The notes under the pieces are model-generated. The model was not told the origin of the DNA and made no database searches. It saw only the letters and a list, made by a program, of their open reading frames with translations. A stretch of 64,000 nucleotides of DNA from NCBI GenBank assembly GCA_049323495.1, contig JBMONG010000017.1, positions 19,227 to 83,226 on the forward strand, given 5' to 3'. This DNA is from Pseudomonadota bacterium (lineage in GTDB: Bacteria > Pseudomonadota > Alphaproteobacteria > Reyranellales > Reyranellaceae). Below, one piece after another: positions 46,751-61,765 of this stretch. The translations under genes were made by a program, and so were the position numbers. How positions within the stretch are numbered: the first letter of the stretch is position 1; every line of letters begins with the position of its first letter.

Positions 46751-47467
46751 ATGACCGTCACCTCCTCGCCGTCCGGCACCGCCCTCGTCGTCGCCATAGA
46801 CCGTCCGCCCGTCAACGCGCTCGACATCGAGACCATCGAGGCGCTTCGGGCCATCTTCACCGCCACGGGCGCCAATCCGCCGGCCGGCGGAATGGTGCTG
46901 ACGGGCGGCGGCGCGCGCGCCTTCTCCGCGGGTGTCGACACGACGGCCTTCGCCGCCTACGACTCCGACCGCCGACGCGCGCTGGTGCTCGAGATCACGG
47001 CCATGACGGCGGCGCTGCTGGCCATCCCCTGCCCCGTGGTCGCTGCCGTCAATGGTCACGCGCTGGGCGGTGGCTTCGTGCTGATGCTGGCCTGCGACCT
47101 GCGGCTGGCGGTGCACAGCGCGGCCGCTCGCTATGGATTGACCGAAGCGCAGGCGGGCGTGCCCTTTCCGGCCGGCCCGTCGGAGATCATCCGCAGCGAG
47201 CTGCCGACCGACCTTCTGCGGCGCTGGACGCTCTGCAGCGAGGTCGTCGACGGCCCTACGCTGCTCGAGAAGGGCATCGTCGATTCCCTTCACCCGGCCG
47301 AAGCCCTCGTGCCGGCGGCCGTCGAGCGTGCCGCCGCGCTGGCACGGCAGCCGGCCTTCACGACCGTCAAGCGGCAGGTACGCGGTCCGCTCGCCGGCCG
47401 CGTGGCCGCGCTGGCGGCGCGTGGCGAGGATCCGTTCCTGCACGCCTTCCTGCCGCGCGAGGCCTGA
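46751..47467 (+). CDS. enoyl-CoA hydratase/isomerase family protein
   Basis: ATG at 46751. Crotonase-fold motifs FSAGVD and AAVNGHALGGGFVLMLACDLRLA. Confidence 0.8.
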   Translation: MTVTSSPSGTALVVAIDRPPVNALDIETIEALRAIFTATGANPPAGGMVLTGGGARAFSAGVDTTAFAAYDSDRRRALVLEITAMTAALLAIPCPVVAAVNGHALGGGFVLMLACDLRLAVHSAAARYGLTEAQAGVPFPAGPSEIIRSELPTDLLRRWTLCSEVVDGPTLLEKGIVDSLHPAEALVPAAVERAAALARQPAFTTVKRQVRGPLAGRVAALAARGEDPFLHAFLPREA

Positions 47468-47481
47468 GCCCTCGCAAAGCG

Positions 47482-48741
47482 TCAGCGGCCGGCCAGATGG
47501 CCCGCCATCTCCGTCAGGCCCAAGGCAACAGAGAGGAGATCCGAGCCCGACGTCGGTCGCGCGGATGGTGCCGCGCGCGCGACCGCCGCCCTCACGGCCG
47601 GCACGCGGCTCGAGCCGCCGGTGAGGAACACGGTGTCGATCAAGGCGCCTTCGATGCCGGCCATGGCGATACAATCGCACGCCGCAGCTCGGAGCCGCTC
47701 CGTGTGATCCGCGATCGCCTGCTCGAAGCTGCCGCGCTGCGCCGCGGCGGCGAGATCGGGTTCGAGAAAGCCGAGCGCTACGGCCGCTTCCTCCGCGGCA
47801 CTGAGGCCGATCTTGGCGTCCTCCACGGCGAACGCCATGCGATGACCCAGCCGGCGACGGACCACCTCGACGAGACGGCGGACCTTTTCGGGCTCGGCGG
47901 CGTCCGCCAGCAGGCGGGCGAGATCGCGCTCGTTCTTGTGGGTGTAGGCGAAGTTGATCGTCGCCCACGTGGCGAGCTCGTGATAGGGCGCCCTGGGCAT
48001 CGGCAGATCCTTTTCGACCAGCCGCGTGCCCAGGCCCAGCAGCGGCATCACTGCGGCAAGGCTGAGCGCCGTGTCGAAGTCGGTGCCGCCCACGCGCACG
48101 CCGGCCGAGGCCAGGATGTCGTCGCTGCGATCGGCACGCCCCCGGCGCGCGGGCCCGATGCGAATCAGCGAGAAGTCGCTGGTGCCGCCGCCGATATCGG
48201 CGATCAGCACCAGCTCCTCGCCCTGCACCGTCTGCTCGTAGTGATGCGCCGCGGCGATGGGTTCGTAGACGAAGGCGATGTCGCGGAACCCGGCCTCGCG
48301 GGCGATCGCGTCGAGCGTCGCTTGCGCCCGCGCGTCCGCCTGGTCGTCGCCGTCCACGAAGCGCACCGGCCGGCCATGAACGACGGCCGTGATCTCCTGG
48401 CCGGCGAATGCCTCCGCCTGCCGCTTGAGATGGCGCACGAAGATGCCGACGACGTCGGCGAGCGGCACCTTGCGGCCGCCCAGGCTCGTCGTCTCGTGGA
48501 TCAACGAGGAGCCCAGGATGGTCTTGAGGGCGCGCATCAGCCGGCCCTCGGTCTGGCCCACATAGGCGCCGATCGCCTCGTTGCCGAACAGCACGCGGCC
48601 CTTCGTCTCGTCGTCGAAGAACACGGCGCTCGGCATCAGCGTGTCGCCGGCCTCCACGGGCACCAGGGCCGGCGGCAGCCCGTCGCGGACGATGCCGATG
48701 GCCGAGTTCGACGTCCCGAAATCCAGCCCGCAGGCGATCAT
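47482..48741 (-). CDS. Hsp70-family protein (YegD-like)
   Basis: The N-terminus MIACGLDFGTSNSAIG is the actin/Hsp70 phosphate-1 motif. IADIGGGTSDFSL and FLTGGSSRVPAVR are also present. ATG 48741 has the best RBS (AAGGGGA). Alternative starts are 48756 and 48774. Confidence 0.8.
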   Translation of the reverse strand: MIACGLDFGTSNSAIGIVRDGLPPALVPVEAGDTLMPSAVFFDDETKGRVLFGNEAIGAYVGQTEGRLMRALKTILGSSLIHETTSLGGRKVPLADVVGIFVRHLKRQAEAFAGQEITAVVHGRPVRFVDGDDQADARAQATLDAIAREAGFRDIAFVYEPIAAAHHYEQTVQGEELVLIADIGGGTSDFSLIRIGPARRGRADRSDDILASAGVRVGGTDFDTALSLAAVMPLLGLGTRLVEKDLPMPRAPYHELATWATINFAYTHKNERDLARLLADAAEPEKVRRLVEVVRRRLGHRMAFAVEDAKIGLSAAEEAAVALGFLEPDLAAAAQRGSFEQAIADHTERLRAAACDCIAMAGIEGALIDTVFLTGGSSRVPAVRAAVARAAPSARPTSGSDLLSVALGLTEMAGHLAGR

Positions 48742-48794
48742 GAGCTTCCCCTTCATGCGCAAAGGGGACCTCATCTATTGCAGCGCGCCCGGCG

Positions 48795-48823
48795 TTGCCA
48801 GACTGTTTCTTTTCTCCTATGCT
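48795..48823 (+). promoter_or_regulatory. sigma70-like promoter hexamers (speculative)
   Basis: TTGCCA (48795-48800), a 17-nt spacer, then TATGCT (48818-48823), on the + strand. Confidence 0.2.
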
Positions 48824-48835
48824 GCCGCCGATACT

Positions 48836-48870
48836 GGGATGTCCGCAGCGCGGGCATCCCTTTTTCTTTT
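48836..48870 (+). terminator. canonical intrinsic terminator oriented on + strand
   Basis: 11-bp stem GGGATGTCCGC/GCGGGCATCCC (one G-U pair, loop AGC) followed by TTTTTCTTTT. No U-tract follows the hairpin in the minus orientation. Confidence 0.55.
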
Positions 48871-48893
48871 CAGCCTTTTTCCTATTCAGGACG

Positions 48894-49238
48894 TCAACGC
48901 GGCGGCCGCTCGAACGTGCCGATGAAGGGCTTTCCCCCCAGCATGCCCCGCACCGTGGCGGGCACCGACCGCGTCGACAGTTCGGCCGTGCCCGTGCGGC
49001 CGTCGTCGCAGGTCAGGAACGTCGCGCCGGCGCCGTCGTCATCGAGCTGCCATCGGCCGGCACAGACGGCACCCCTGTCGCTGCGCAGCTCGAACGGGCC
49101 GCCGCCCCGCCCATCGCCGGGATAGCCGAACGTTCCGGCAAACCGCTCGCCATCCGGCGTCTCCGCCGTCACGGGCACCGTGCCGCCACAGGCGGCCAGC
49201 GATAGTGCGGCCAACAGAATCGCCCACCCCTTCCTCAC
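48894..49238 (-). CDS. hypothetical lipoprotein downstream of czc operon
   Basis: GTG at 49238, with 2 nt between it and the stop of the upstream gene. VRKGWAILLAALSLAACGG contains a lipobox. The mature part is Gly/Asp-rich with 2 Cys. Confidence 0.5.
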   Translation of the reverse strand: MRKGWAILLAALSLAACGGTVPVTAETPDGERFAGTFGYPGDGRGGGPFELRSDRGAVCAGRWQLDDDGAGATFLTCDDGRTGTAELSTRSVPATVRGMLGGKPFIGTFERPPR

Positions 49239-49240
49239 CG

Positions 49241-55072
<5,832 letters not shown>

Positions 55073-55144
55073 GACAAACCCCCGACAAGCCGGACCGGCA
55101 GCACGTCGCGCGGCCGATGCCGGGCGACGGAAGGCTTCAGACGG

Positions 55145-55498
55145 TCAGGCCCTGGGGGGCGGCGGCGTCGCCTCGGGCGGCAACGACAGGAGGGCGGATG
55201 CGGGACGTTCCGGAACGATGCCGCGCATGGCGACGTCGCTCAAGGCGAACACGGGAGCGGCAAGGGAAGGCGCCGAGCAGAGCGCGCAACGCTCGACTGC
55301 GACATCGGCCGCGGCTCCTCCGTCGGAGGAATCCTCGTCAGCGGCAGCCGACACGGACACCGATGGCTCGGCGGCATTGACGGACACGGCCCAGCCGCAA
55401 GTATGGAACGCCAGGACGAAGGTCACGGCGATCGCGCACAGCAAAGCCGCAACGCGACGCGGCTCCAAGCCTCCGATGCAGGACCAGCCCTTCGACAT
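55145..55498 (-). CDS. small membrane-anchored Cys/His protein upstream of czcC (unknown function)
   Basis: High GC3. One TM (VAALLCAIAVTFVLAF) ends in HTCGW, with a later ERCALCS motif. The start is uncertain: ATG 55498 or GTG 55555. Confidence 0.45.
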   Translation of the reverse strand: MSKGWSCIGGLEPRRVAALLCAIAVTFVLAFHTCGWAVSVNAAEPSVSVSAAADEDSSDGGAAADVAVERCALCSAPSLAAPVFALSDVAMRGIVPERPASALLSLPPEATPPPPRA

Positions 55499-55561
55499 TG
55501 CGGCGCATTCAAAGCCTGCCGGCCTCGCGCCGTCAACCGAGCGGCGATGTCGCACGTAATC

Positions 55562-55921
55562 TTATAGTGTTGTCGGCGCGACCGGCGTCTGCTGATGCTG
55601 CACGAGCAGCCAGCGTCTGCCGCTTCCGCGGTAGGCGGACGTGCATAGGGCGCGATAGGGTGCCCCTTCGGCGCGCCATCCCGTCGCCCGATAGCCGAGA
55701 ACCACGAGATCGTCCGAGAAGCGGCCAAGGCGCCGATCCGTCATCTCGACGGACAACCAGCGCGGCGCGCCCTTCAGCGATTCGAGGATCTCCGCGCCCG
55801 CCATGATCCCCGCCGGCAGCGGAAAGGCCATGATGCATTGCGGGTGGAGCGCCTCGCGCCAATACGTTTCGGCCGCCGTCCAGAAGCGCTCCTCGTCTGC
55901 CCAGGCCTCACCGTCAGTCAC
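55562..55921 (-). CDS. DUF4440/SnoaL-like (NTF2 fold) protein
   Basis: GTG at 55921 is preceded by GGAGGG. EERFWTAAETYWREALHPQCIMAFP..ILESLKGAPRW..YRALCTSAY..LLVQHQQTP fits the family pattern from memory. Confidence 0.6.
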   Translation of the reverse strand: MTDGEAWADEERFWTAAETYWREALHPQCIMAFPLPAGIMAGAEILESLKGAPRWLSVEMTDRRLGRFSDDLVVLGYRATGWRAEGAPYRALCTSAYRGSGRRWLLVQHQQTPVAPTTL

Positions 55922-56073
55922 GCCAACCCTCCGTCGCGCATATCGGAACACTTCACGCTCAAACGCATCGGCGGCATGCGCAGTTGCCGGACGACCGGCC
56001 CCCGCGCGGCTTGGATATTGCTGTAGCATCGTCCAGTCATCAGCATTGGCCTTTGCCGGGAGCCCCTCACGCG

Positions 56074-57177
56074 ATGCAGCCGCAGTCGAGCACCGTTTCG
56101 CCCTCCACCGCAGCGCCGATCACGGCCGTTGCGCCGCAAACCATGATCGGCGGCGAGATCCCTCTGATCGACGTCTCGGGCTTCCTCGCCGGCACGCCGG
56201 GCGCCGCCGAGCGCGCCGCGGCGGAGCTGCGTTACGCCTTCGAGAATGTCGGGTTCTACTACCTGGCCGGTCACGGAGTGCCGCAGGCGCTGATCGACAC
56301 CGCCTATGCCGAGGCGGCGCGCTTCCATGCTCTGCCCATGGAGAAGAAGCTCGAGGTGAGGGTCGACGAGCACAATATCGGCTACATGCCCATCCCCCAG
56401 AAGGCGCCGCCGAACGCCGCCGCGCAGGGCAAGAAGCCCAGCCAGAACGAAGCCTACTTCCTGCGCCGCGAGAAGACGCCCGACCATCCGGACGTGCTGA
56501 GCAACCGGCGCTTCCACGCCATGAACAAGTGGCCGGACGAATCGGCGATCCCGGGCTTCCGCGTCAACATGATCGCCTACATGACCACGCTCGAGGCGCT
56601 CTGCCGCAAGCTGGTGCGTCTCTACGCGATGGCGCTCGACCTGCCGGCGACCTGGTTCGACGAGAGCTTCGCCGAGCCGCACATGATCCTGCGCATGTCG
56701 CGCTACCCGGCGATCGACGGCGGCGACGATTCGGTGGCCAGCCTCGTGCCGCACACCGATTCGGGCTTCATGACGCTGCTGCCGCCCAACAAGGTGCAGG
56801 GCCTCGAGATCCTGCTGCCGGACGGCCGCTGGATGGCGGCACCGAGCGTCGAGGGCGCCTTCGTTGTCAACGGCGGCGACATCCTTCACCGCTGGAGCAA
56901 CGAGCGCTTCCTGTCGACGCCGCATCGCGTGCGCAACGTCTCCGGCGGGCTGCGCTATGCCGTGCCGTTCTTCTGCGATCCCAACCACGACACGATGATC
57001 GAGTGCCTGCCGAGCTGCCAGTCGCCGGCGCGGCCGGCCAAGTACCCGCCGATCAAGTTCGGAGACTACGCGCTGTGGTTCGCCGCGCAGCGCTACGACC
57101 ACATGTCGAAGGTCAAGGCGCCCACTGACGCCGATGTCACGCCGGGCGACCGGGCGACCTCGCGCTGGCAGAGCTGA
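56074..57177 (+). CDS. 2OG-Fe(II) oxygenase (isopenicillin N synthase-like)
   Basis: IPLIDVSGF at the N-terminus, HTDSGFMTLL as the HxD motif, and STPHRV as the distal His. The start is ATG 56074, or 56143. Confidence 0.85.
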   Translation: MQPQSSTVSPSTAAPITAVAPQTMIGGEIPLIDVSGFLAGTPGAAERAAAELRYAFENVGFYYLAGHGVPQALIDTAYAEAARFHALPMEKKLEVRVDEHNIGYMPIPQKAPPNAAAQGKKPSQNEAYFLRREKTPDHPDVLSNRRFHAMNKWPDESAIPGFRVNMIAYMTTLEALCRKLVRLYAMALDLPATWFDESFAEPHMILRMSRYPAIDGGDDSVASLVPHTDSGFMTLLPPNKVQGLEILLPDGRWMAAPSVEGAFVVNGGDILHRWSNERFLSTPHRVRNVSGGLRYAVPFFCDPNHDTMIECLPSCQSPARPAKYPPIKFGDYALWFAAQRYDHMSKVKAPTDADVTPGDRATSRWQS

Positions 57178-57235
57178 CGGCGCGCGCCGTCCCCCTTGTC
57201 GAGATGCGCGCCCGGCGATGGGCGTGTCCGAAGCC

Positions 57236-58822
57236 ATGAGGCATTCCGTGAACGTCAAAGTCGTGCTTTCGGCGGTGAACGCCGCCCTTCTTCTGGCCCT
57301 GCCCACGGCCGCGCAGGAACCCAAGACCATCCGTGCGGTCATGCACTCGGACCTCAAGGTCCTCGATCCGATCTGGACCACCGCCAACATCGTGCGCAAT
57401 CACGGCTACATGGTCTGGGACACGCTGTTCGCGATGGACGAGAACATGCAGGTCCAGCCGCAGATGGTCGACCGCTGGTCGCTGAGCGACGACAAGCTGA
57501 CCTACACCTTCACACTGCGCGACGGCCTGACGTTCCATGACGGCAAGCCGGTGACGAGCGAGGACTGCATCGCCTCGATCAAGCGCTGGGGTGCCCGGGA
57601 TTCGACCGGCATCAAGCTCATGAGCTTCGTGTCGGGTTTCGAGGCCGTCGACGACAGGACCTTCAGGCTGGTCCTGAAGGAACCCTACGGGCTGGTGCTG
57701 GATTCTCTGGGCAAGCCCGGCAGTTCCACGCCGCTGATCATGCCCAAGCGCATCGCCGACACCGACCCCGGCAAGCAGATCAGCGAGTTCATCGGCTCCG
57801 GACCGTTCATCTTCAAGAAGGACGAATGGAAGCCGGGCGACAAGACGGTCTATGTGCGCAATCCCGACTACAAGCCGCGGCCGGAGCCCGCGTCGGGTCT
57901 CGCGGGCGGCAAGGTCGTCAAGGTCGACCGCGTCGAATGGCTGGCCATCCCCGACCACCAGACCGCGGTCAACGCCCTGCTGGCCGGCGAGATCGACTAC
58001 ATCGAGGCGCCGCCGCACGATCTCAAGGCGCTGCTGGAGGACGACAAGAACATCCGGCTGGAGGTCTACAACAAGATCGGCGCGCAGTACGTGTTCCGCT
58101 GGAACACCGTGGTGCCGCCCTTCAACGACGAGCGCGTGCGGCGCGCCGCCATGTACGCCCTGAACCAGATCGACTTCCTGAAGGGCGTGATCGGCGACGA
58201 GCGCTACTACCGCACCTGCGACGCCATGTTCGTCTGCGGCACGCCGCTCGAGAACACGGCCGGCATGGACGGGCTGGTGCGTTCGAAGTTCGCCAGGTCG
58301 AAGGAGCTGCTGAAGGAGGCGGGCTACGACGGCACGCCGATCGTCCTGCTGCACACCACCGACATCGCGGTGCTCACCAATGCCGGGCCGATCGCCAAGA
58401 TGCTGCTCGAACAGGGCGGCTTCAAGGTGCAGATGGTGCCGCTCGACTTCCAGGCCATCGTGGCGCGCCGGCTGCGCAAGACGCCGGCCCAGGAAGGTGG
58501 CTGGAACGGCTTCATGACGGCCTGGCTGTCGGTCGACATGATGAACCCGCTGACCAACAGCATGGTCAACGCGTCCTGCGACAAGGCGGCCTTCGGCTGG
58601 CCCTGCGATGCCGAGGTCGAGCGCCTGCGCGACGCCTTCGCCCGCGCGCCGGATCTCGCCACCCGTCAGAAGATCGCGGCCGAGCTGCAGGCCCGCGCCG
58701 TGCAGTACGGCACGCACATCCATCTCGGCCAATACACCTTGCCGACGGCCACCCGCGCCGACCGGCTGAGCGGCATGGTGGCGAGCCCGATCCCGGTGTT
58801 CTGGAACATCGAGAAGAAGTAG
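57236..58822 (+). CDS. ABC substrate-binding protein, family 5 (peptide/nickel type)
   Basis: ATG at 57236 with a signal peptide. LKVLDPIWTTANIVRNHGYMVWDTLF is typical of SBP family 5. Confidence 0.85.
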   Translation: MRHSVNVKVVLSAVNAALLLALPTAAQEPKTIRAVMHSDLKVLDPIWTTANIVRNHGYMVWDTLFAMDENMQVQPQMVDRWSLSDDKLTYTFTLRDGLTFHDGKPVTSEDCIASIKRWGARDSTGIKLMSFVSGFEAVDDRTFRLVLKEPYGLVLDSLGKPGSSTPLIMPKRIADTDPGKQISEFIGSGPFIFKKDEWKPGDKTVYVRNPDYKPRPEPASGLAGGKVVKVDRVEWLAIPDHQTAVNALLAGEIDYIEAPPHDLKALLEDDKNIRLEVYNKIGAQYVFRWNTVVPPFNDERVRRAAMYALNQIDFLKGVIGDERYYRTCDAMFVCGTPLENTAGMDGLVRSKFARSKELLKEAGYDGTPIVLLHTTDIAVLTNAGPIAKMLLEQGGFKVQMVPLDFQAIVARRLRKTPAQEGGWNGFMTAWLSVDMMNPLTNSMVNASCDKAAFGWPCDAEVERLRDAFARAPDLATRQKIAAELQARAVQYGTHIHLGQYTLPTATRADRLSGMVASPIPVFWNIEKK

Positions 58823-58891
58823 CGCCGTCCCCGAGCGCGGAACCCCACCTTCCCATCGCGCTCCCGCGGTGGGGAGCGCTAGGATGAGCGG

Positions 58892-60184
58892 ATGACTCGG
58901 CGCAGCAGGGCCAAGCTGATGGCAGCCGGCACGATCGGGAACGTGCTGGAATTCTACGACTTCGCGATCTACGGCTTCTTCGCCATATCGCTCGGGCGGA
59001 CATTCTTCCCCGGCTCGGACGAGGTCGCACAGGTGCTCGCGGCCTTCGGCGTCTTCGCCGTCGGCTTCCTGATGCGGCCGCTGGGCGGTGCGGTGACGGG
59101 CTATATCGGGGACCGCTACGGCCGGCGCACCGCCCTCACCTTTTCCGTGACGGCCATGGCTGTCCCGACCTTCCTGGTCGGTCTCCTGCCCGGCTATCAG
59201 ACGCTGGGCATCATGGCGCCCGTGCTCCTCGTCGTGCTGCGCGCGGTCCAGGGTCTGTCGGTGGGCGGAGAATACGCCACCTCCTTCACCTTCATGGTGG
59301 AGAACGCCCCGCCGGGACGCGCCGGGTTGACTGCCGCCATCGGCAATACCGGCGCCGTCCTCGGCATGCTCCTGGGATCCGGAGCAGGGACGCTGCTGGC
59401 CTCCATCCTGTCTCCCGCCGCGCTGGATGACTGGGGGTGGCGCCTGCCCTTCCTCGCAGGTCTGGTGGTCGGCGTCACCGGCTACCTGCTGCGCCGGGAC
59501 ATCGAGGAGATACAGTCGCCCCGGGACCGCAGCCACGCCCCCGTGGCCGAGGTGTTCCGCCATCACAAGCGGCTGGTGGCGCAGCTCGCCGGCCTGCCGG
59601 CCTTCGGCGCCGTGGGCTACTACCTGATGTTCGTCTATGTCGTGTCCTGGCTGCAGCTCGTCGACGGTCTGCCGCCCGACCGCGCGCTCGGGCTGAACAC
59701 CGTGGGCATGGCGGCGCTGGTGCCTGTGGCGATCGGGGCGGGATGGCTGGGCGACCGCATCGGATGCAGGAAGGTCCTGACCATTGCCGTGGTCCTGGGC
59801 CTGTTCGGCGCCGTTCCCTTCCTCTGGCTGATGCATCACGAGGCGCCGGCCCTCATCATGCTCGGGCAGCTCGGCTTCGTGCTCGTCGCCGGCAGCGCGG
59901 CGGCCGTGCAGCCGGTGCTGCTGGTCGAATCCGCACCGCGCCATATCCGATGCACGACCGTCGCGATCAGCTACAACCTGAGCTACGGGCTGCTGGGCGG
60001 CACGGCGCCAATGGCGGCGACCTGGCTGATACAGCGCACGACGATGGATCTCAGCCCGGCCTTCCTGGTCGTGGCGGCGGCGATCGTCTCGCTGATCGCG
60101 ATCGCGACTTTCCGGACCGCCGCCCCGGCGCATGCCGCGACCGCAGGCCCGCTCGCCGCTCCGGCCCCGGCCGAGGGCGGCTGA
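58892..60184 (+). CDS. MFS transporter (metabolite:H+ symporter family)
   Basis: GNVLEFYDFAIYGFFA and GYIGDRYGRRTAL are MHS-family hallmarks. 12 TM segments. Confidence 0.85.
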   Translation: MTRRSRAKLMAAGTIGNVLEFYDFAIYGFFAISLGRTFFPGSDEVAQVLAAFGVFAVGFLMRPLGGAVTGYIGDRYGRRTALTFSVTAMAVPTFLVGLLPGYQTLGIMAPVLLVVLRAVQGLSVGGEYATSFTFMVENAPPGRAGLTAAIGNTGAVLGMLLGSGAGTLLASILSPAALDDWGWRLPFLAGLVVGVTGYLLRRDIEEIQSPRDRSHAPVAEVFRHHKRLVAQLAGLPAFGAVGYYLMFVYVVSWLQLVDGLPPDRALGLNTVGMAALVPVAIGAGWLGDRIGCRKVLTIAVVLGLFGAVPFLWLMHHEAPALIMLGQLGFVLVAGSAAAVQPVLLVESAPRHIRCTTVAISYNLSYGLLGGTAPMAATWLIQRTTMDLSPAFLVVAAAIVSLIAIATFRTAAPAHAATAGPLAAPAPAEGG

Positions 60185-61062
60185 TGCGGCGGCGTGCCTT
60201 CGTCGCCGGCACGTTCGCGACGGCCGCCACGACCTGCGCCGCCGCAGGCGCGACGGCCGCCGAGCCGGCCGGCGTCGATGCCCATGCGCACGCCTTCGTC
60301 CGCGGGCTCGCCCCTGCGCCGCTGGCGCGCTACGAGCCCGGCTATGACGCCTCCTGGCAGACGCTGATCGAGCGCGCCGACAGGAACGGTGTCGGCCGGG
60401 CCGTGCTGCTGCAGCCGGCTTTCCTGGGCTTCGACAACACCTACCTGTTCGAGGCGCTGCGCGCGGAGCCGGACCGGTTTCGTGGCGTGCCCTGGATCTC
60501 CCCCTCCGTCGCCATCACCGCCGACGACTGGGAAGCGCTTGCCGCCATCGGCGTGCGCGGCCTGCGGTTTCCCATCGCGGGCCTGCCGACGCCGGAATGG
60601 TCGTACTACGAGGCCATGCTGGCCGAGGCGCTGAAGCGCGACTGGCCAATCCATCTCCAGGCCGAGAGCAAGCGCCTGCCCGACCTGCTGCCGCTGCTGC
60701 TCGACCGAGGCCACAAGGTGGTGATCCCGCATTTCGGCTCGTTCGACCGTACGCAGGGCCCTCTCCGCGATGAAGGCTTCAAGGCGCTGCTGGAGAGCGC
60801 GAAGAGCGGGCGGGTATGGGTGGTGATGAGCGGCGCCTATCGGGTCGGTCCGGAGCGGGCGCGCGCGGCGACGCCGCTGCTGCTCGACGCCGTCGGGCCG
60901 CAGCGCCTGATGTGGGGCAGCGACTGGCCACACGCGGACACGGGCCTCGACCGAACCACGACCTACGCGGAAACCGTGCGGTGGCTCGAGGCTTCGGTGC
61001 CCGATGAGGCAACGCGCCGCACCATCCTCGTGGACACGCCGACCGCTCTCTACGGCTTCTGA
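60184..61062 (+). CDS. amidohydrolase-2 family protein with Tat-like signal
   Basis: ATG at 60184 shares 1 nt with the MFS stop (TGATG). MRRRAFVAGTFATAATTCAAAGATAA is followed by the metal motif VDAHAHAF and the C-terminal WGSDWPH. Confidence 0.8.
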   Translation: MRRRAFVAGTFATAATTCAAAGATAAEPAGVDAHAHAFVRGLAPAPLARYEPGYDASWQTLIERADRNGVGRAVLLQPAFLGFDNTYLFEALRAEPDRFRGVPWISPSVAITADDWEALAAIGVRGLRFPIAGLPTPEWSYYEAMLAEALKRDWPIHLQAESKRLPDLLPLLLDRGHKVVIPHFGSFDRTQGPLRDEGFKALLESAKSGRVWVVMSGAYRVGPERARAATPLLLDAVGPQRLMWGSDWPHADTGLDRTTTYAETVRWLEASVPDEATRRTILVDTPTALYGF

Positions 61063-61138
61063 CGGTGCCTCACGAAGGCCTGATTTGAGCGTGTGAATCG
61101 GAGGGGGATAGCGTGAAGCTGTCCCACACGAGACTTCG

Positions 61139-61705
61139 ATGAAGCTGATCCGCAAATTCGCCCTCGGTGCAGCCGGCCTGCTTGCTCTGCCGGCCGTCGC
61201 CCTGGCGGCAACGATCGGCGGCGCCTACTACGCGCCGCAATACGACTTCCGGGAATTCTGGGCGGCGACCGACGGCAAGCCCTTTCAGGTGGTGCTGGGC
61301 GGCAATCCCTTCCCCAACGTCGATCCGGCCGTCGTGGCACGCGACCTGCTGCCCATGATGCAGAGCGCCAAGCCGCGACCGGCGCTGACCTTCACCTACG
61401 ACAGGCCCTCGCCGCCGCCCAGCCCCGACTACCGCCTCGTCCTGGTCTTCGACCCGGCCCCCAATCTCAATGCCGATCCGGTCTGCGCCGGCGAGCCGCT
61501 GCGCTTCGGGCCGGCGCGACCGGGCATCTTCTACGTCTATGCGATCTACTGCCGGAACGACCGGATGCTGTCCTACACGACGGCCTGGACGCCCGCGACG
61601 GGCCCGACGGACCCGCGCATCGAGCGGCTCTTCCGCGAGCTCTTCCTGGTCGTGTTCAGCCAGAGCCAGAACCGCTGGGCCATGCTCGACGACAATTTCC
61701 GGTAG
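61139..61705 (+). CDS. secreted hypothetical protein
   Basis: Signal peptide MKLIRKFALGAAGLLALPAVALA. I recognise no domain. High GC3. Confidence 0.55.
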   Translation: MKLIRKFALGAAGLLALPAVALAATIGGAYYAPQYDFREFWAATDGKPFQVVLGGNPFPNVDPAVVARDLLPMMQSAKPRPALTFTYDRPSPPPSPDYRLVLVFDPAPNLNADPVCAGEPLRFGPARPGIFYVYAIYCRNDRMLSYTTAWTPATGPTDPRIERLFRELFLVVFSQSQNRWAMLDDNFR

Positions 61706-61765
61706 GGCACCAGCCAACACGCCTTGGTCACTGGCCCCGCGGCGGCGGCTGCGGGACTCTCGGGC

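Noticed and set aside
47482-48741. The YegD-like Hsp70 as part of a defence or chaperone system.
   Set aside because: It stands alone. There is no adjacent J-domain, NEF, nuclease or other partner gene, so the sequence alone gives no basis for a system.
57137-60133. 998-aa - strand ORF spanning the binding-protein and MFS genes.
   Set aside because: It is antisense to two well-supported genes. Its composition is Arg/Gly/Ala/His-dominated and it has no motifs.
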